Shown here: positions 21,581 to 30,834 of the stretch, piece after piece
Numbering within the stretch: the stretch's first letter is position 1
Layout: every line of letters begins with the position of its first letter
Source: Candidatus Poribacteria bacterium
GTDB lineage: Bacteria; Poribacteria; WGA-4E; WGA-3G
Length of the DNA stretch: 64,000 nt
NCBI GenBank assembly: GCA_965205015.1
Contig: OZ242029.1
Coordinates: forward strand, 5,152,001 to 5,216,000
Direction: 5' to 3'
Made by a program: the position numbers and the translations under genes
The notes under the pieces: model-generated
Databases searched by the model: none
What the model saw: the letters and a program-made list of their open reading frames with translations, nothing else
What the model was told of the DNA's origin: nothing

Positions 21581-22384
21581 ATGGCAAAGAAATCTCGAAT
21601 TGTTATGGTGGCAGGAAGTGCAAGTCATGGTGGGGGTTCACATGAACATCCTGCTGGATGTGCCTATCTCGCGGATCAGTTAAACAAGTCTGTGGACGGT
21701 GTGGAAGTCGTGGTCTCTCAAGGATGGCCCGAAGATCCGACAGCTTTCGCCGATACAGATGCCATTATTGTTTATTCGGACGGTGGCACCGGGCACCTTA
21801 GCATTCCACACCTTGAACAGATCTCAGGACTGATGGAACAGGGTATTGGACTTGCGATGTTGCACTATGCTGTTGAAGTACCGAAGGGTGAACCGGGGGA
21901 TCGTTTCTTGGATTGGATCGGCGGCTACTTTGAGACGCACCTTTCGGTGAATCCGTATTGGACAGCAACGTTTACCGGATTTCCTGAACACCCGATAACA
22001 CGCGGGATAGCACCGTTTTCACTGGAGGATGAATGGTATTATCACATGCGGTTTCGTGAAAATATGCAAGGTGTGACACCGTTGTTGAGTGCTATCGCAC
22101 CTGCATCAACACTCGAAAGACCCGACGGCCCGCATAGCGGAAATCCGCATGTGCGCGCATCGGTAGCCAACGGTGAGCCCCAACATTTAGGGTGGTGTGT
22201 AGAGCGGCCGGATGGAGGTCGTGGATTCGGGTTTACCGGTGGACATCTCCATCGGAATTGGGCGGATGATCAGCTCCGTAAATTCATTCTCAATGCCATT
22301 GCTTGGACAGCGAAGATAGAGATCCCTGAAGGCGGTATTTCTACACCGACACCCACCGAAGCGGCATTGGATGCGTATCTGTAG
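21581..22384 (+). CDS. ThuA-like (class I glutamine amidotransferase-fold) protein, copy 1
   Basis: SHG.GSHEH, LHYA, HPITRG, DEWYYHMRF, GRGFGFTGGH.H.NW. Confidence 0.88.
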   Translation: MAKKSRIVMVAGSASHGGGSHEHPAGCAYLADQLNKSVDGVEVVVSQGWPEDPTAFADTDAIIVYSDGGTGHLSIPHLEQISGLMEQGIGLAMLHYAVEVPKGEPGDRFLDWIGGYFETHLSVNPYWTATFTGFPEHPITRGIAPFSLEDEWYYHMRFRENMQGVTPLLSAIAPASTLERPDGPHSGNPHVRASVANGEPQHLGWCVERPDGGRGFGFTGGHLHRNWADDQLRKFILNAIAWTAKIEIPEGGISTPTPTEAALDAYL

Positions 22385-22427
22385 TTTTATAATGATTTGG
22401 GTAATTCTACTGGAGGATCGAAAAAAT

Positions 22428-23240
22428 ATGGCAAAGAAATCTCGAATTGTTATGGTGGCAGGAAGTGGAGGTCGTGGGAGTGGGGCGCATGAGCATCCTG
22501 CTGGGTGTGACTTTCTCGCCGATCAGTTAAACAAAAATGTGGACGGTGTAGCGGCAGTGGTTTCTCAGGGGTGGCCCGAAGATCCAGCGATTTTCGCCGA
22601 TACAGATGCGATTATTGTTTATTCAGGCGGTGGTGAAGAACACCTGAGCATCCCGCATCTTGATCAGATCGGTGAATTGATGGCACAGGGCATAGGACTC
22701 GCGATGTTACACTTTGCAGTCGAGGTGCCAAAGGGCAAGCCGGGTAATTGCTTCTTAGACTGGATCGGGGGTTACTTTGAACCGGGCCTTTCGGTGAATC
22801 CTTATTGGATTGCAACGTTTACTGAATTTCCTGAACATCCGATAACACGAGGGATGAAGCCATTTTCATTGAAAGACGAGTGGTATTACCACATGCGGTT
22901 TCGTGAAAATATGCGGGGCGTGACACCTGTGTTGAGTGCGATTGCGCCTGCCTCAACGCTCAAAAGACCCGATGGACCCTACAGCGGCAATCCACATGTC
23001 CGTGTCTCGGTAGCCAACGGTGAGCCTCAGCACTTGGGATGGTGCGTTGAACGTCCAGATGGCGGGCGTGGGTTCGGATGTACCGGTGGGCATTACCATC
23101 AGAATTGGGGGAATGATCAATTCCGTAAGTTAATTCTCAACGGGATTCTCTGGACAGCAAAGATGGAAGTCCCTGAGGGAGGTATCTCCACACCGACCCC
23201 GACTGAAGCGGAATTGGAGGCATATCTGTCATATTTGTAG
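22428..23240 (+). CDS. ThuA-like protein, copy 2 (tandem paralog)
   Basis: Highly similar to copy 1 over its full length. Confidence 0.88.
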   Translation: MAKKSRIVMVAGSGGRGSGAHEHPAGCDFLADQLNKNVDGVAAVVSQGWPEDPAIFADTDAIIVYSGGGEEHLSIPHLDQIGELMAQGIGLAMLHFAVEVPKGKPGNCFLDWIGGYFEPGLSVNPYWIATFTEFPEHPITRGMKPFSLKDEWYYHMRFRENMRGVTPVLSAIAPASTLKRPDGPYSGNPHVRVSVANGEPQHLGWCVERPDGGRGFGCTGGHYHQNWGNDQFRKLILNGILWTAKMEVPEGGISTPTPTEAELEAYLSYL

Positions 23241-23259
23241 TTTTATAAGGAGACGGAAC

Positions 23260-24114
23260 ATGGATCAAGAGATACAAGATTATCTGTTCGACCTACAAGG
23301 CTATCTGGTTTTAGAGAACGCAATCTCGAAACCCGATCTGGATGAAATGAACGCGTGGATCGATGACCATTGGACTTACGTTGAAAATCCGTGGGAGGAC
23401 GAAACCGAAGACAGACGGATTCCACGCTGGATCGAGAACATCGAAACGCATACCTACAACATTGAGAACGGTGTGAATTTCCAGAATATTATTGAGGGGG
23501 GAGACGTTTTTCAAAAGCTTATTGACCATCCGTCCTGGATCGGTCTGGTGCGGAAATACGTCCACGAGGTCAACGGGCTTTCTATCCACGAGAATTTTCT
23601 CAACGTCCGGGGACCCGGCGGTTTCATTCATATCCACTGTGGTGGACATGTCCCGCTGAGTTACCTGACGTTCCGACAGGAGAATACCGGCGAATGGATG
23701 GTCGGACAGATTAACGTCCTGATGGCACTCAACGATATTGGACCTGGAGATGGCGCGCCAGTACTCGTGCCGGGGAGCCATAAATGCACAGAGATTCATC
23801 CGCGTCTGAAGGTCGATGGGAAAGGTTTGGTCTATGACGGTGTGAGCGGTAAACCCGCAGGGACAGCCTTTGGGACGCAGGAGATTTATCTCAAGGCAGG
23901 CGATGTCGTCATGTTCACAGATGCGATTACACACGGGTCGGCAGAGCGGACGAATGCGGGATATCGCCGATCGATCGTCTATCGTTATTCTCCGAGATAT
24001 GTCCGTGAGCGTTTTGACTATCCGCATTCCAAAGCGTTGTTGGCACGTTTGACACCCGATCAACGCAAAATTATCCAACCGACATCAGTCCGTCGCCCGC
24101 CGCAAACGGTATGA
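23260..24114 (+). CDS. Phytanoyl-CoA dioxygenase (PhyH) family protein
   Basis: YLFDLQGYLVLENA, DIGPGDG..VLVPGSHK, AGDVVMFTDAITHGS, RR..VYRY. Confidence 0.88.
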   Translation: MDQEIQDYLFDLQGYLVLENAISKPDLDEMNAWIDDHWTYVENPWEDETEDRRIPRWIENIETHTYNIENGVNFQNIIEGGDVFQKLIDHPSWIGLVRKYVHEVNGLSIHENFLNVRGPGGFIHIHCGGHVPLSYLTFRQENTGEWMVGQINVLMALNDIGPGDGAPVLVPGSHKCTEIHPRLKVDGKGLVYDGVSGKPAGTAFGTQEIYLKAGDVVMFTDAITHGSAERTNAGYRRSIVYRYSPRYVRERFDYPHSKALLARLTPDQRKIIQPTSVRRPPQTV

Positions 24115-24227
24115 GCGTGGTGTTTTTCTTGATGTAGGCTTTGGACGGTTTCTGTTACTATCTAATTAAACCGAATATGTAATTCTGTCATAGAGTCTAT
24201 CCGATCTACTTTATGAGGTATTGGCAC

Positions 24228-24452
24228 ATGAGTACAATCCAAGAAATAACAGCAGCTTTGTCGAACCTAAGTACCGACGAGCTGCAACACATTGAGCGAA
24301 TTATTCGCGATTTATATCGGGATCGTCATGAAACTATTATTTATGATGATGGCTACGGAATTTGGACGGAACAAGATCAGGTTTCGGTCGCAGCGGAGGT
24401 TTTTCAATTGTTGGAGAGAGAGGAAGATTTAGAAAACGATGGCGATACCTAA
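24228..24452 (+). CDS. Putative antitoxin (small acidic protein overlapping the MazF gene)
   Basis: 74 aa, acidic C-terminus, overlaps the toxin start. Confidence 0.65.
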   Translation: MSTIQEITAALSNLSTDELQHIERIIRDLYRDRHETIIYDDGYGIWTEQDQVSVAAEVFQLLEREEDLENDGDT

Positions 24453-24783
24453 ACGTGGTGAAATCTGGTTAGCTGACCTTGGATTAGCGGCAAAGACGCG
24501 CCCAGTTTTGGTTTTGAGTGTGCCTTTTTCGGATTCGGATTATGCTTTAATAACGGTTGTACCGCGGACGACAAACCGGAGACCCTCCGCCTTCCAAGTT
24601 GAGATTTCTACATCGGGTTTAAGACCTGGTGCTTTCAATGTTCAGGGACTTACGGCAATTCCGCCATCCAAGTTCATTCGCCGGTTGGGAACATTGCGAT
24701 CTACCCAGATGAGATTGATTGAAGATACAGTAAAGGAATGGTTGGGGTTTCAGACTACTTCTGGAAAGCCATCGGAAAACTGA
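24439..24783 (+). CDS. Type II toxin, PemK/MazF family
   Basis: RGEIWLADL...KTRPVLVLS...VVP.TT...RRLGTL. Confidence 0.9.
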   Translation: MAIPKRGEIWLADLGLAAKTRPVLVLSVPFSDSDYALITVVPRTTNRRPSAFQVEISTSGLRPGAFNVQGLTAIPPSKFIRRLGTLRSTQMRLIEDTVKEWLGFQTTSGKPSEN

Positions 24784-24789
24784 TAGACT

Positions 24790-26283
24790 ATGGGAAAACC
24801 GAGAAAGACCCTCTGGAGTGGACGTTTCAGCACGAGCCTCACTACAGAGACAATAGCCTTCACGCACTCCATTGAAGCAGACACCCGCCTCATCGGATAC
24901 GATATTTGGGGGAGTCAAGCGCATGCGATTATGCTCGCTCGTCAGGGGATTATCTCCGATGCCGATCTACGCGAGATTTTGCGCTGGCTCCAGAAGGCAG
25001 CGGCGGATTTTCAGAACGGCGATTTTACGCTCGATCCGAATAAAGAGGACGTGCACATGAACGTCGAATCGTATCTGATTGAGAACGCCGGACGCGAGTT
25101 CGGGGGCAAACTCCACACCGCTCGTTCTCGCAACGATCAGGTACTCGTGGACGCCCATCTCTACATTCGGGATGAGATTCTCAACGTCCAGCGCAGTCTC
25201 TCCGAACTCTGCGAAGCCTTCCTACATGTTGCGAAAACACATGCAGGGACCGTCATGCCCGGCTATACACATACCCAACACGCACAGCCGATCAGTCTCG
25301 GTTTCTGGGCGACGGCTTATGTGAGTATGTTCCTACGGGATCAGAAACGACTACAATCTGCTTATGCACTTGCCAATACGAACCCTCTCGGTGCGTGTGC
25401 ATTAGCCGGCACGACATTCCCAATTGATCGACACCTGACCACGGAACTGCTCGGTTTCGACGCACCACACGAACACGCCCTTGATGTCATCAGCAGCCGA
25501 GATTTTATCGCTGAGGTGCTTTTTGCGTTGTCGCTTGTGATGGCGAACCTCTCACGGATTAGCGAGGAAATTATCTATTGGACGACTTATGAGTTTGGGA
25601 TGGCGGTGCTTGACGATGCCTATAGTTTCGGGAGCTCCATCATGCCCCAGAAGAAGAATCCCGACATTGCGGAACTCACGCGAGGGCGTACCGGGCGCGT
25701 CTACGGGGCATTGCTCGACCTGTTGACGAATCTCAAGGGATTGCCGATGGGCTATAATCGGGATTTTCAGGAGGATAAACCGCCACTGTGGGAGGTGTTT
25801 GATGTTGTGAAGGCGTGCCTCGGTCTGTTACCCGAACTCCTCAGAACCACGGATTTCAAAACGGAACGGATGGCGGCGTTGGCGAATGCGAACTTCGCGA
25901 CGGCGACGGAGTTGGCAAATTACCTCGTTAAAGAGCATCAGATCAGTTTTCGGGAGTGCCATGAGATTGTCGGATGGCTCGTCGGGGAACTCGTGCAGCA
26001 GGAAAAGACGTTTGCCGATTGGGAGCTCACGCAAAAACTTTTGAAACAGCACAAGGTTGACATCCCTATTGAGCAACTCAAGCAGATACTGGATGCGGAA
26101 TCAGCGATTCAGAATAACCAGAGTCTCGGTGGCACATCGCCTGCCGAGGTGCATCGGATGATCGACAGCTTTGAAGCACAACTGGATGATATTGCGTCGC
26201 ATATTCATACCTGTCAGACACAAATTGAGGACGCCCACCGAGAGACGCTGCGAATCGTTGATGAAGTTTGCGGTGCCGATTGA
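24790..26283 (+). CDS. argH: Argininosuccinate lyase
   Basis: LWSGRF, EDVH, LHTARSRNDQ, GSSIMPQKKNPD. Confidence 0.98.
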   Translation: MGKPRKTLWSGRFSTSLTTETIAFTHSIEADTRLIGYDIWGSQAHAIMLARQGIISDADLREILRWLQKAAADFQNGDFTLDPNKEDVHMNVESYLIENAGREFGGKLHTARSRNDQVLVDAHLYIRDEILNVQRSLSELCEAFLHVAKTHAGTVMPGYTHTQHAQPISLGFWATAYVSMFLRDQKRLQSAYALANTNPLGACALAGTTFPIDRHLTTELLGFDAPHEHALDVISSRDFIAEVLFALSLVMANLSRISEEIIYWTTYEFGMAVLDDAYSFGSSIMPQKKNPDIAELTRGRTGRVYGALLDLLTNLKGLPMGYNRDFQEDKPPLWEVFDVVKACLGLLPELLRTTDFKTERMAALANANFATATELANYLVKEHQISFRECHEIVGWLVGELVQQEKTFADWELTQKLLKQHKVDIPIEQLKQILDAESAIQNNQSLGGTSPAEVHRMIDSFEAQLDDIASHIHTCQTQIEDAHRETLRIVDEVCGAD

Positions 26284-26353
26284 GATAATATTGTAAGAGA
26301 AGAAATACAAGGAATTAATGCGTAACACAGCGCGCGTCACCCTTACATAGGAG

Positions 26354-27076
26354 ATGAGAAAATTGAAAAACAGATTGATCGTCGCATTGGATACGGACGA
26401 TGATGAGAAGATGGGTCGGTTATCCAGCAGGCTTAGAGATACAGTCGGTTGGTTTAAGATGGGCTTTCAGGCGTTTAGTGCGCTCGGAATGGAAGCTTTT
26501 CCACGGTTTGAACAAAACGGGCATAAAGTCTTTGTTGACCTGAAATTCCACGACATTCCGAACACAGTGGCACGCGATGTCGGTATGATGGCAAAGCACG
26601 GTGCGCACATGATTAACATGCACGCCTCCGGTGGATTTGAAATGATGCAGGCAGCACGGAAAAGCGCGGAGGATGCAACTGCTGAGAACGGTATCCCACT
26701 GCCAATTCTGCTCGGTGTAACGGTTCTGACGAGTATTGACGAAACAGGATTTCAGCGAAGTTTCGGCTCAGAACGGGGACTGACGAAACAGGTCGTCTAT
26801 CTCGCACAGTTAGCGCAGGAAGCAGGATTGAGTGGGGTCGTGGCATCACCACTGGAAATCGAACCGATACGGAAAGCGTGTGGCGACGATTTTGTGATCG
26901 TCACGCCGGGTATCCGTCCCAAGTGGTCGAAGAGTGGGGATCAGCGTCGTATTACCACGCCGGGGGCGGCGATTCAACGCGGCGCGGATTATATTGTTGT
27001 CGGGAGACCGATTATTGAGGCAGAGGATCCGTTGGCAGCCGCCGAAATGATCCTTGAGGAGATGAAAGGGGCATAA
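26354..27076 (+). CDS. pyrF: Orotidine 5'-phosphate decarboxylase
   Basis: LIVALD, DLKFHDIPNT, VTPGIRP, VVGRPI. Confidence 0.98.
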   Translation: MRKLKNRLIVALDTDDDEKMGRLSSRLRDTVGWFKMGFQAFSALGMEAFPRFEQNGHKVFVDLKFHDIPNTVARDVGMMAKHGAHMINMHASGGFEMMQAARKSAEDATAENGIPLPILLGVTVLTSIDETGFQRSFGSERGLTKQVVYLAQLAQEAGLSGVVASPLEIEPIRKACGDDFVIVTPGIRPKWSKSGDQRRITTPGAAIQRGADYIVVGRPIIEAEDPLAAAEMILEEMKGA

Positions 27077-27080
27077 GACT

Positions 27081-28517
27081 ATGAACATTGTCTGTATCTG
27101 CTTGGACACGTTTCGTGCAGACATCATTGGTGAAGGCAAGAAATATAGCCACGTGCAAACCCCGAACCTTGATGCTTTGGCATCCGAGAGCGTCCGTTTC
27201 ACACGGGCGTTTGGTGAGGGACAACCGACGCTTCAGATCCGTCGGGGCAACTTTACGGGGATGCGGAGTTTTCCGTGGCGGTATAATTTTGATCGGCGTG
27301 GACATTGGCACCATGCCCCCGGTTGGCATAAGATCCCACCCGAACAGGATACGATCGCTGAAGTCTTACTGGAACGCGGTTATCTCACTGCGCTGGTCGC
27401 AGATACGTATCACATGTTCAAGCCGACGATGAATTTCTCGCGCGGGTTCGCCCATTTCGATTTCATCCGTGGACAGGAATCGGATAACTGGCACAGTGGT
27501 GATCCGAGGTTGATTGAGGCACAACTCCGAAAACATGTCCGTGAACCCCTCAATTGGCAACGGCACGCTGGACTCGTCAACTATCTGTTGTCGCAACGGC
27601 ATCGGCGGTCGGAAGATGACTATAGTTGTGCGCGGGTCTTCCGGGCCGCGGCGGATTGGTTGCAGGACAATCACACCGTCGGTCCGTTCTTCTTATGGGT
27701 GGACAGTTTCGATCCGCACGAGCCGTGGGATCCACCGAAGTCCTATGCGGACCTCTATTTCCCCGACTATTCGGGCAAGGATTTCATCATACCGGGCAGT
27801 GCGAACGAAGGCGACGGTCCCACGGAAGAGGAACGCCGCCGTATTGAGGCACTCTACCTCGGTGAAGTGACGTTTGTCGATAAATGGATCGGCGTGTTAC
27901 TTGATAAGATAGAGCAGCTGGGCATCCGAGACGAGACCCTGATTGTGCTCATGTCCGACCACGGCACACAACTCCGAGATCACGGGAGTTTCGGAAAGGG
28001 ACCGAACAAGTTACACCCCTTTAATACACAACTGAACCTAATGATTCGGCATCCGGAGGGACCCCATGACAAGGAGATTTTCGCGTTCGTGCAGAACCAC
28101 GATCTAATGCCGACACTCCTAAATCAGCTTGACATCCCGTGCGGTTGGACGGATGGCGAGGATATGTGGCAGCTCGTTACGCAGGAGAAGGCGTCCCTCC
28201 GTCAACGGATTATCACGGGTTGGGCAGGATTCATCACGGGCAATGCGCGCGGTCGCGTCAGTGTGCGCGATGACCACTGGAACTTCTGCACTTCAGTCGG
28301 CTATCAAGATGAGAATGGTGATGAGCTTTTTGACATCCGAAACGATCCTGAAGAAAGGGTCAACGTTGCGAGTGACCATCCAGCGATCGTTTCTGAACGA
28401 CGACGGGATGTCGAGGCGTTGATCGGACAACCTTTACCCGGACATTTCATTGAGGTTTGCGATCCGGGGCAGGCACCGATGACGCAATGGCTTCAGAAGA
28501 AGTTAGCGGATATGTAG
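27081..28517 (+). CDS. Sulfatase-like (alkaline phosphatase superfamily) hydrolase
   Basis: LDTFRAD, TPNLD, DPHEPWDPP, SDHG, ELFDIRNDPEE. Lacks the canonical CxPxR motif. Confidence 0.9.
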   Translation: MNIVCICLDTFRADIIGEGKKYSHVQTPNLDALASESVRFTRAFGEGQPTLQIRRGNFTGMRSFPWRYNFDRRGHWHHAPGWHKIPPEQDTIAEVLLERGYLTALVADTYHMFKPTMNFSRGFAHFDFIRGQESDNWHSGDPRLIEAQLRKHVREPLNWQRHAGLVNYLLSQRHRRSEDDYSCARVFRAAADWLQDNHTVGPFFLWVDSFDPHEPWDPPKSYADLYFPDYSGKDFIIPGSANEGDGPTEEERRRIEALYLGEVTFVDKWIGVLLDKIEQLGIRDETLIVLMSDHGTQLRDHGSFGKGPNKLHPFNTQLNLMIRHPEGPHDKEIFAFVQNHDLMPTLLNQLDIPCGWTDGEDMWQLVTQEKASLRQRIITGWAGFITGNARGRVSVRDDHWNFCTSVGYQDENGDELFDIRNDPEERVNVASDHPAIVSERRRDVEALIGQPLPGHFIEVCDPGQAPMTQWLQKKLADM

Positions 28518-28521
28518 AGAA

Positions 28522-28560
28522 ATGGCGGTCAGCGGTCGGCTGGTTTCCGATGGCTGATCA
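28522..28560. repeat. Heptamer-based hairpin (TCAGCGG/CTGAT family) between convergent genes
   Basis: GGTCAGCGGTCGG...CCGATGGCTGATC. Same family as 59900-59993, 62175-62280 and 63120-63160. Confidence 0.5.
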
Positions 28561-30546
28561 CTATTTGAGTGTTTCCCAATCCCAGAGGAGGATTGTGCCG
28601 TCGTAGCTTCCGCTTGCGAGTGTTTTCCCGTCTGGAGAGAACATCAACACACCGACAGCGTCTTGATGTCCTTTGCGGGTCGCGTGTATCTGGTACTTCG
28701 GATCTGATTTCCATATCTGAATTAACCCTGTTTCACTTCCGCCTGCGAGCATTTTTCCATCAGGGGAAAAGGCTAACGCAGTAATATTTTCAACAGCATC
28801 AAAGGTGCCGATCGGATTACCAGTATTGCTCTTCCATAGACGAATCTCGTTTTCACTGCCACTGGCGAGTGTCTTGCTGTTTGCAGAGAAGGTTAGCGCG
28901 CTGATCTGCTGCGTGTGTCCCGTGAGGTTCGATAGGCTTTCACCCGTCTTGGTATTCCATGAAACGATGGTTCCATCTTCACCACCACTTGCGAAGACCT
29001 TGCTGTTTGGTGAGAATGTGTATTCACTCACAGCCTCTGTGTGTCCTTCAAGTGTGAACAGTTGGGCACCGGTATCGGTCTGCCAAAACTTGACTATATT
29101 ACTGAGGCGTGTGGCTCCGCCTCTGCTGGCGAGGATTTTACCGTCTGGTGAAAATACCAGGGGCCAGTAATGATCCATACGGTCTACGCCTTCCAGGGCA
29201 AACAGGTGTTCTTTCGTCCCAGCATCCCACACATGTACACCACTGAGAAAAACACGTCCGACAAGTTTCTTGGCGTCAGAAGAGAATGAGAGTCCGATAA
29301 CATCTTGGGGGGGTGTAAGAATACTGTGTTGTGTGAAGGTTTCTACATTCCAAACGCGTGCCCTCGCTTCAAGCGCATTATTACTGACAAGATATTTACT
29401 GTCTGCCGAAAAGGCAAGCGTGCTTACCCAATCGGTGTGTTCCCCGAGAGCGGAGGATAATAGATAGCGTCCAGTATCAACGTCCCATAGATGGAGACTG
29501 CCATCGTTACTCATACTGATAAGTTGGGAGCCGTCTTTAGAGAATTTCACACTATGAACGTTATCCCGCTCTTTTGGGAGGATCCCCTGCTCAAGATACT
29601 TGAGTATTTGGGCTGCTGCCACGTGCGGGTTGATTGCGTCATCGGGGGTGGGAAGATTCTTCTGTTCAGTGCCGGTGTTGACATCCCATAACCGCATTGT
29701 CCGATCACGACTCGCGGTGATGAGTCTTGTGCTATCTGGCGAAAACGCCATGTCCCGAATTTTATCGGTGTGCCCCTTGAGACCTGTCTGGAGCCTCCCC
29801 GTGTTGATATTCCACAGATGCACTGTGTGATCCCATCCACCGCCGGTTGCGAGTATTTTGCCATCGGGTGAAAAGACGAGCAGGTCGATGGATCCCAAGT
29901 CTCTGCTATCGGTGTGTAGCGATTCACCGGTATCTGCATCCCATAGGTGGAGCGTACTTCCGGCACTCGCAAGGATTTTACCGTCTGGCGAAAATGCGAC
30001 CGAGTTTACTGCACTCGAATGCCCTGTCAGACTGGTGATGTATTTACCTATACCGACCTCCCATAAACGTACCACCCAGTCTCCACCTGCAGTGGCGAGT
30101 TTTGTGCCGTCCGGTGAGAGTGCGATTGCGTTAATTGAATCCGGGTGTTCCTCGAGCATCGCGAAGGCGTTACCTGTGAAGGTGTCCCAGACGTAAATGC
30201 TATTTCCGTGTGCAGTTGCTACAATTGAAGCGTCAGGGGAGAACGCCAATGCCTCTGGTGGTATTTGGGACCAATATTCATCTTTTTCGCCGATTTGGGA
30301 CTCTGTGAACAGTGAAACGACTTCGCCGGTCTGTGCGTCATAAATCCAGATACCGATGGCCGTTGACGCGACAACCCGTGTGTTGTCGGGTGAGAGTTTG
30401 ATGTTTATTAATCTGCCTCTTCCCAAACGGGCTTTCGCACCTTCGGGCAGATGCCACTGTGTCGCAAAGTCTTGTGCGAGACCGTTGAGGGGCAGTAGAC
30501 TGGAAAACAAAAAACATACGATACAGAGAAGATGGATCTTTTGCAT
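28561..30546 (-). CDS. Secreted WD40-repeat protein
   Basis: Signal peptide; ~14 GH...FSPDG..LAS...W repeats. Confidence 0.93.
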   Translation of the reverse strand: MQKIHLLCIVCFLFSSLLPLNGLAQDFATQWHLPEGAKARLGRGRLINIKLSPDNTRVVASTAIGIWIYDAQTGEVVSLFTESQIGEKDEYWSQIPPEALAFSPDASIVATAHGNSIYVWDTFTGNAFAMLEEHPDSINAIALSPDGTKLATAGGDWVVRLWEVGIGKYITSLTGHSSAVNSVAFSPDGKILASAGSTLHLWDADTGESLHTDSRDLGSIDLLVFSPDGKILATGGGWDHTVHLWNINTGRLQTGLKGHTDKIRDMAFSPDSTRLITASRDRTMRLWDVNTGTEQKNLPTPDDAINPHVAAAQILKYLEQGILPKERDNVHSVKFSKDGSQLISMSNDGSLHLWDVDTGRYLLSSALGEHTDWVSTLAFSADSKYLVSNNALEARARVWNVETFTQHSILTPPQDVIGLSFSSDAKKLVGRVFLSGVHVWDAGTKEHLFALEGVDRMDHYWPLVFSPDGKILASRGGATRLSNIVKFWQTDTGAQLFTLEGHTEAVSEYTFSPNSKVFASGGEDGTIVSWNTKTGESLSNLTGHTQQISALTFSANSKTLASGSENEIRLWKSNTGNPIGTFDAVENITALAFSPDGKMLAGGSETGLIQIWKSDPKYQIHATRKGHQDAVGVLMFSPDGKTLASGSYDGTILLWDWETLK

Positions 30547-30834
30547 GAACCGAAGCTCCTTTTTCAAATGAGACTCTATATCATAATAGGGAGCAAATTC
30601 CGTGCCAGTTTGAATGAGACCATACTCGGACTTTTCGCAGCGGAGTGAAAGAAAACTGCACAAGATTGGGCATCCTTTGTGCGCAATTGCACGAAATAGG
30701 GCAGATTCGGTTCATCTTTGGGGTTTACTGACCGCTGATTGCTGCTTCTGTAGGAGGGAACTCCGATTCCCGACGTCCCTCTCCATCTAAAACGGATAGA
30801 AAACTGAAAACTGAATGGTTCTGTCGCATAAAAA

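Noticed and set aside
23311-24078. Long antisense ORFs opposite real genes (also 43086-43799, 34395-35069, 3722-4378)
   Set aside because: Shadow frames of well-supported genes on the other strand.
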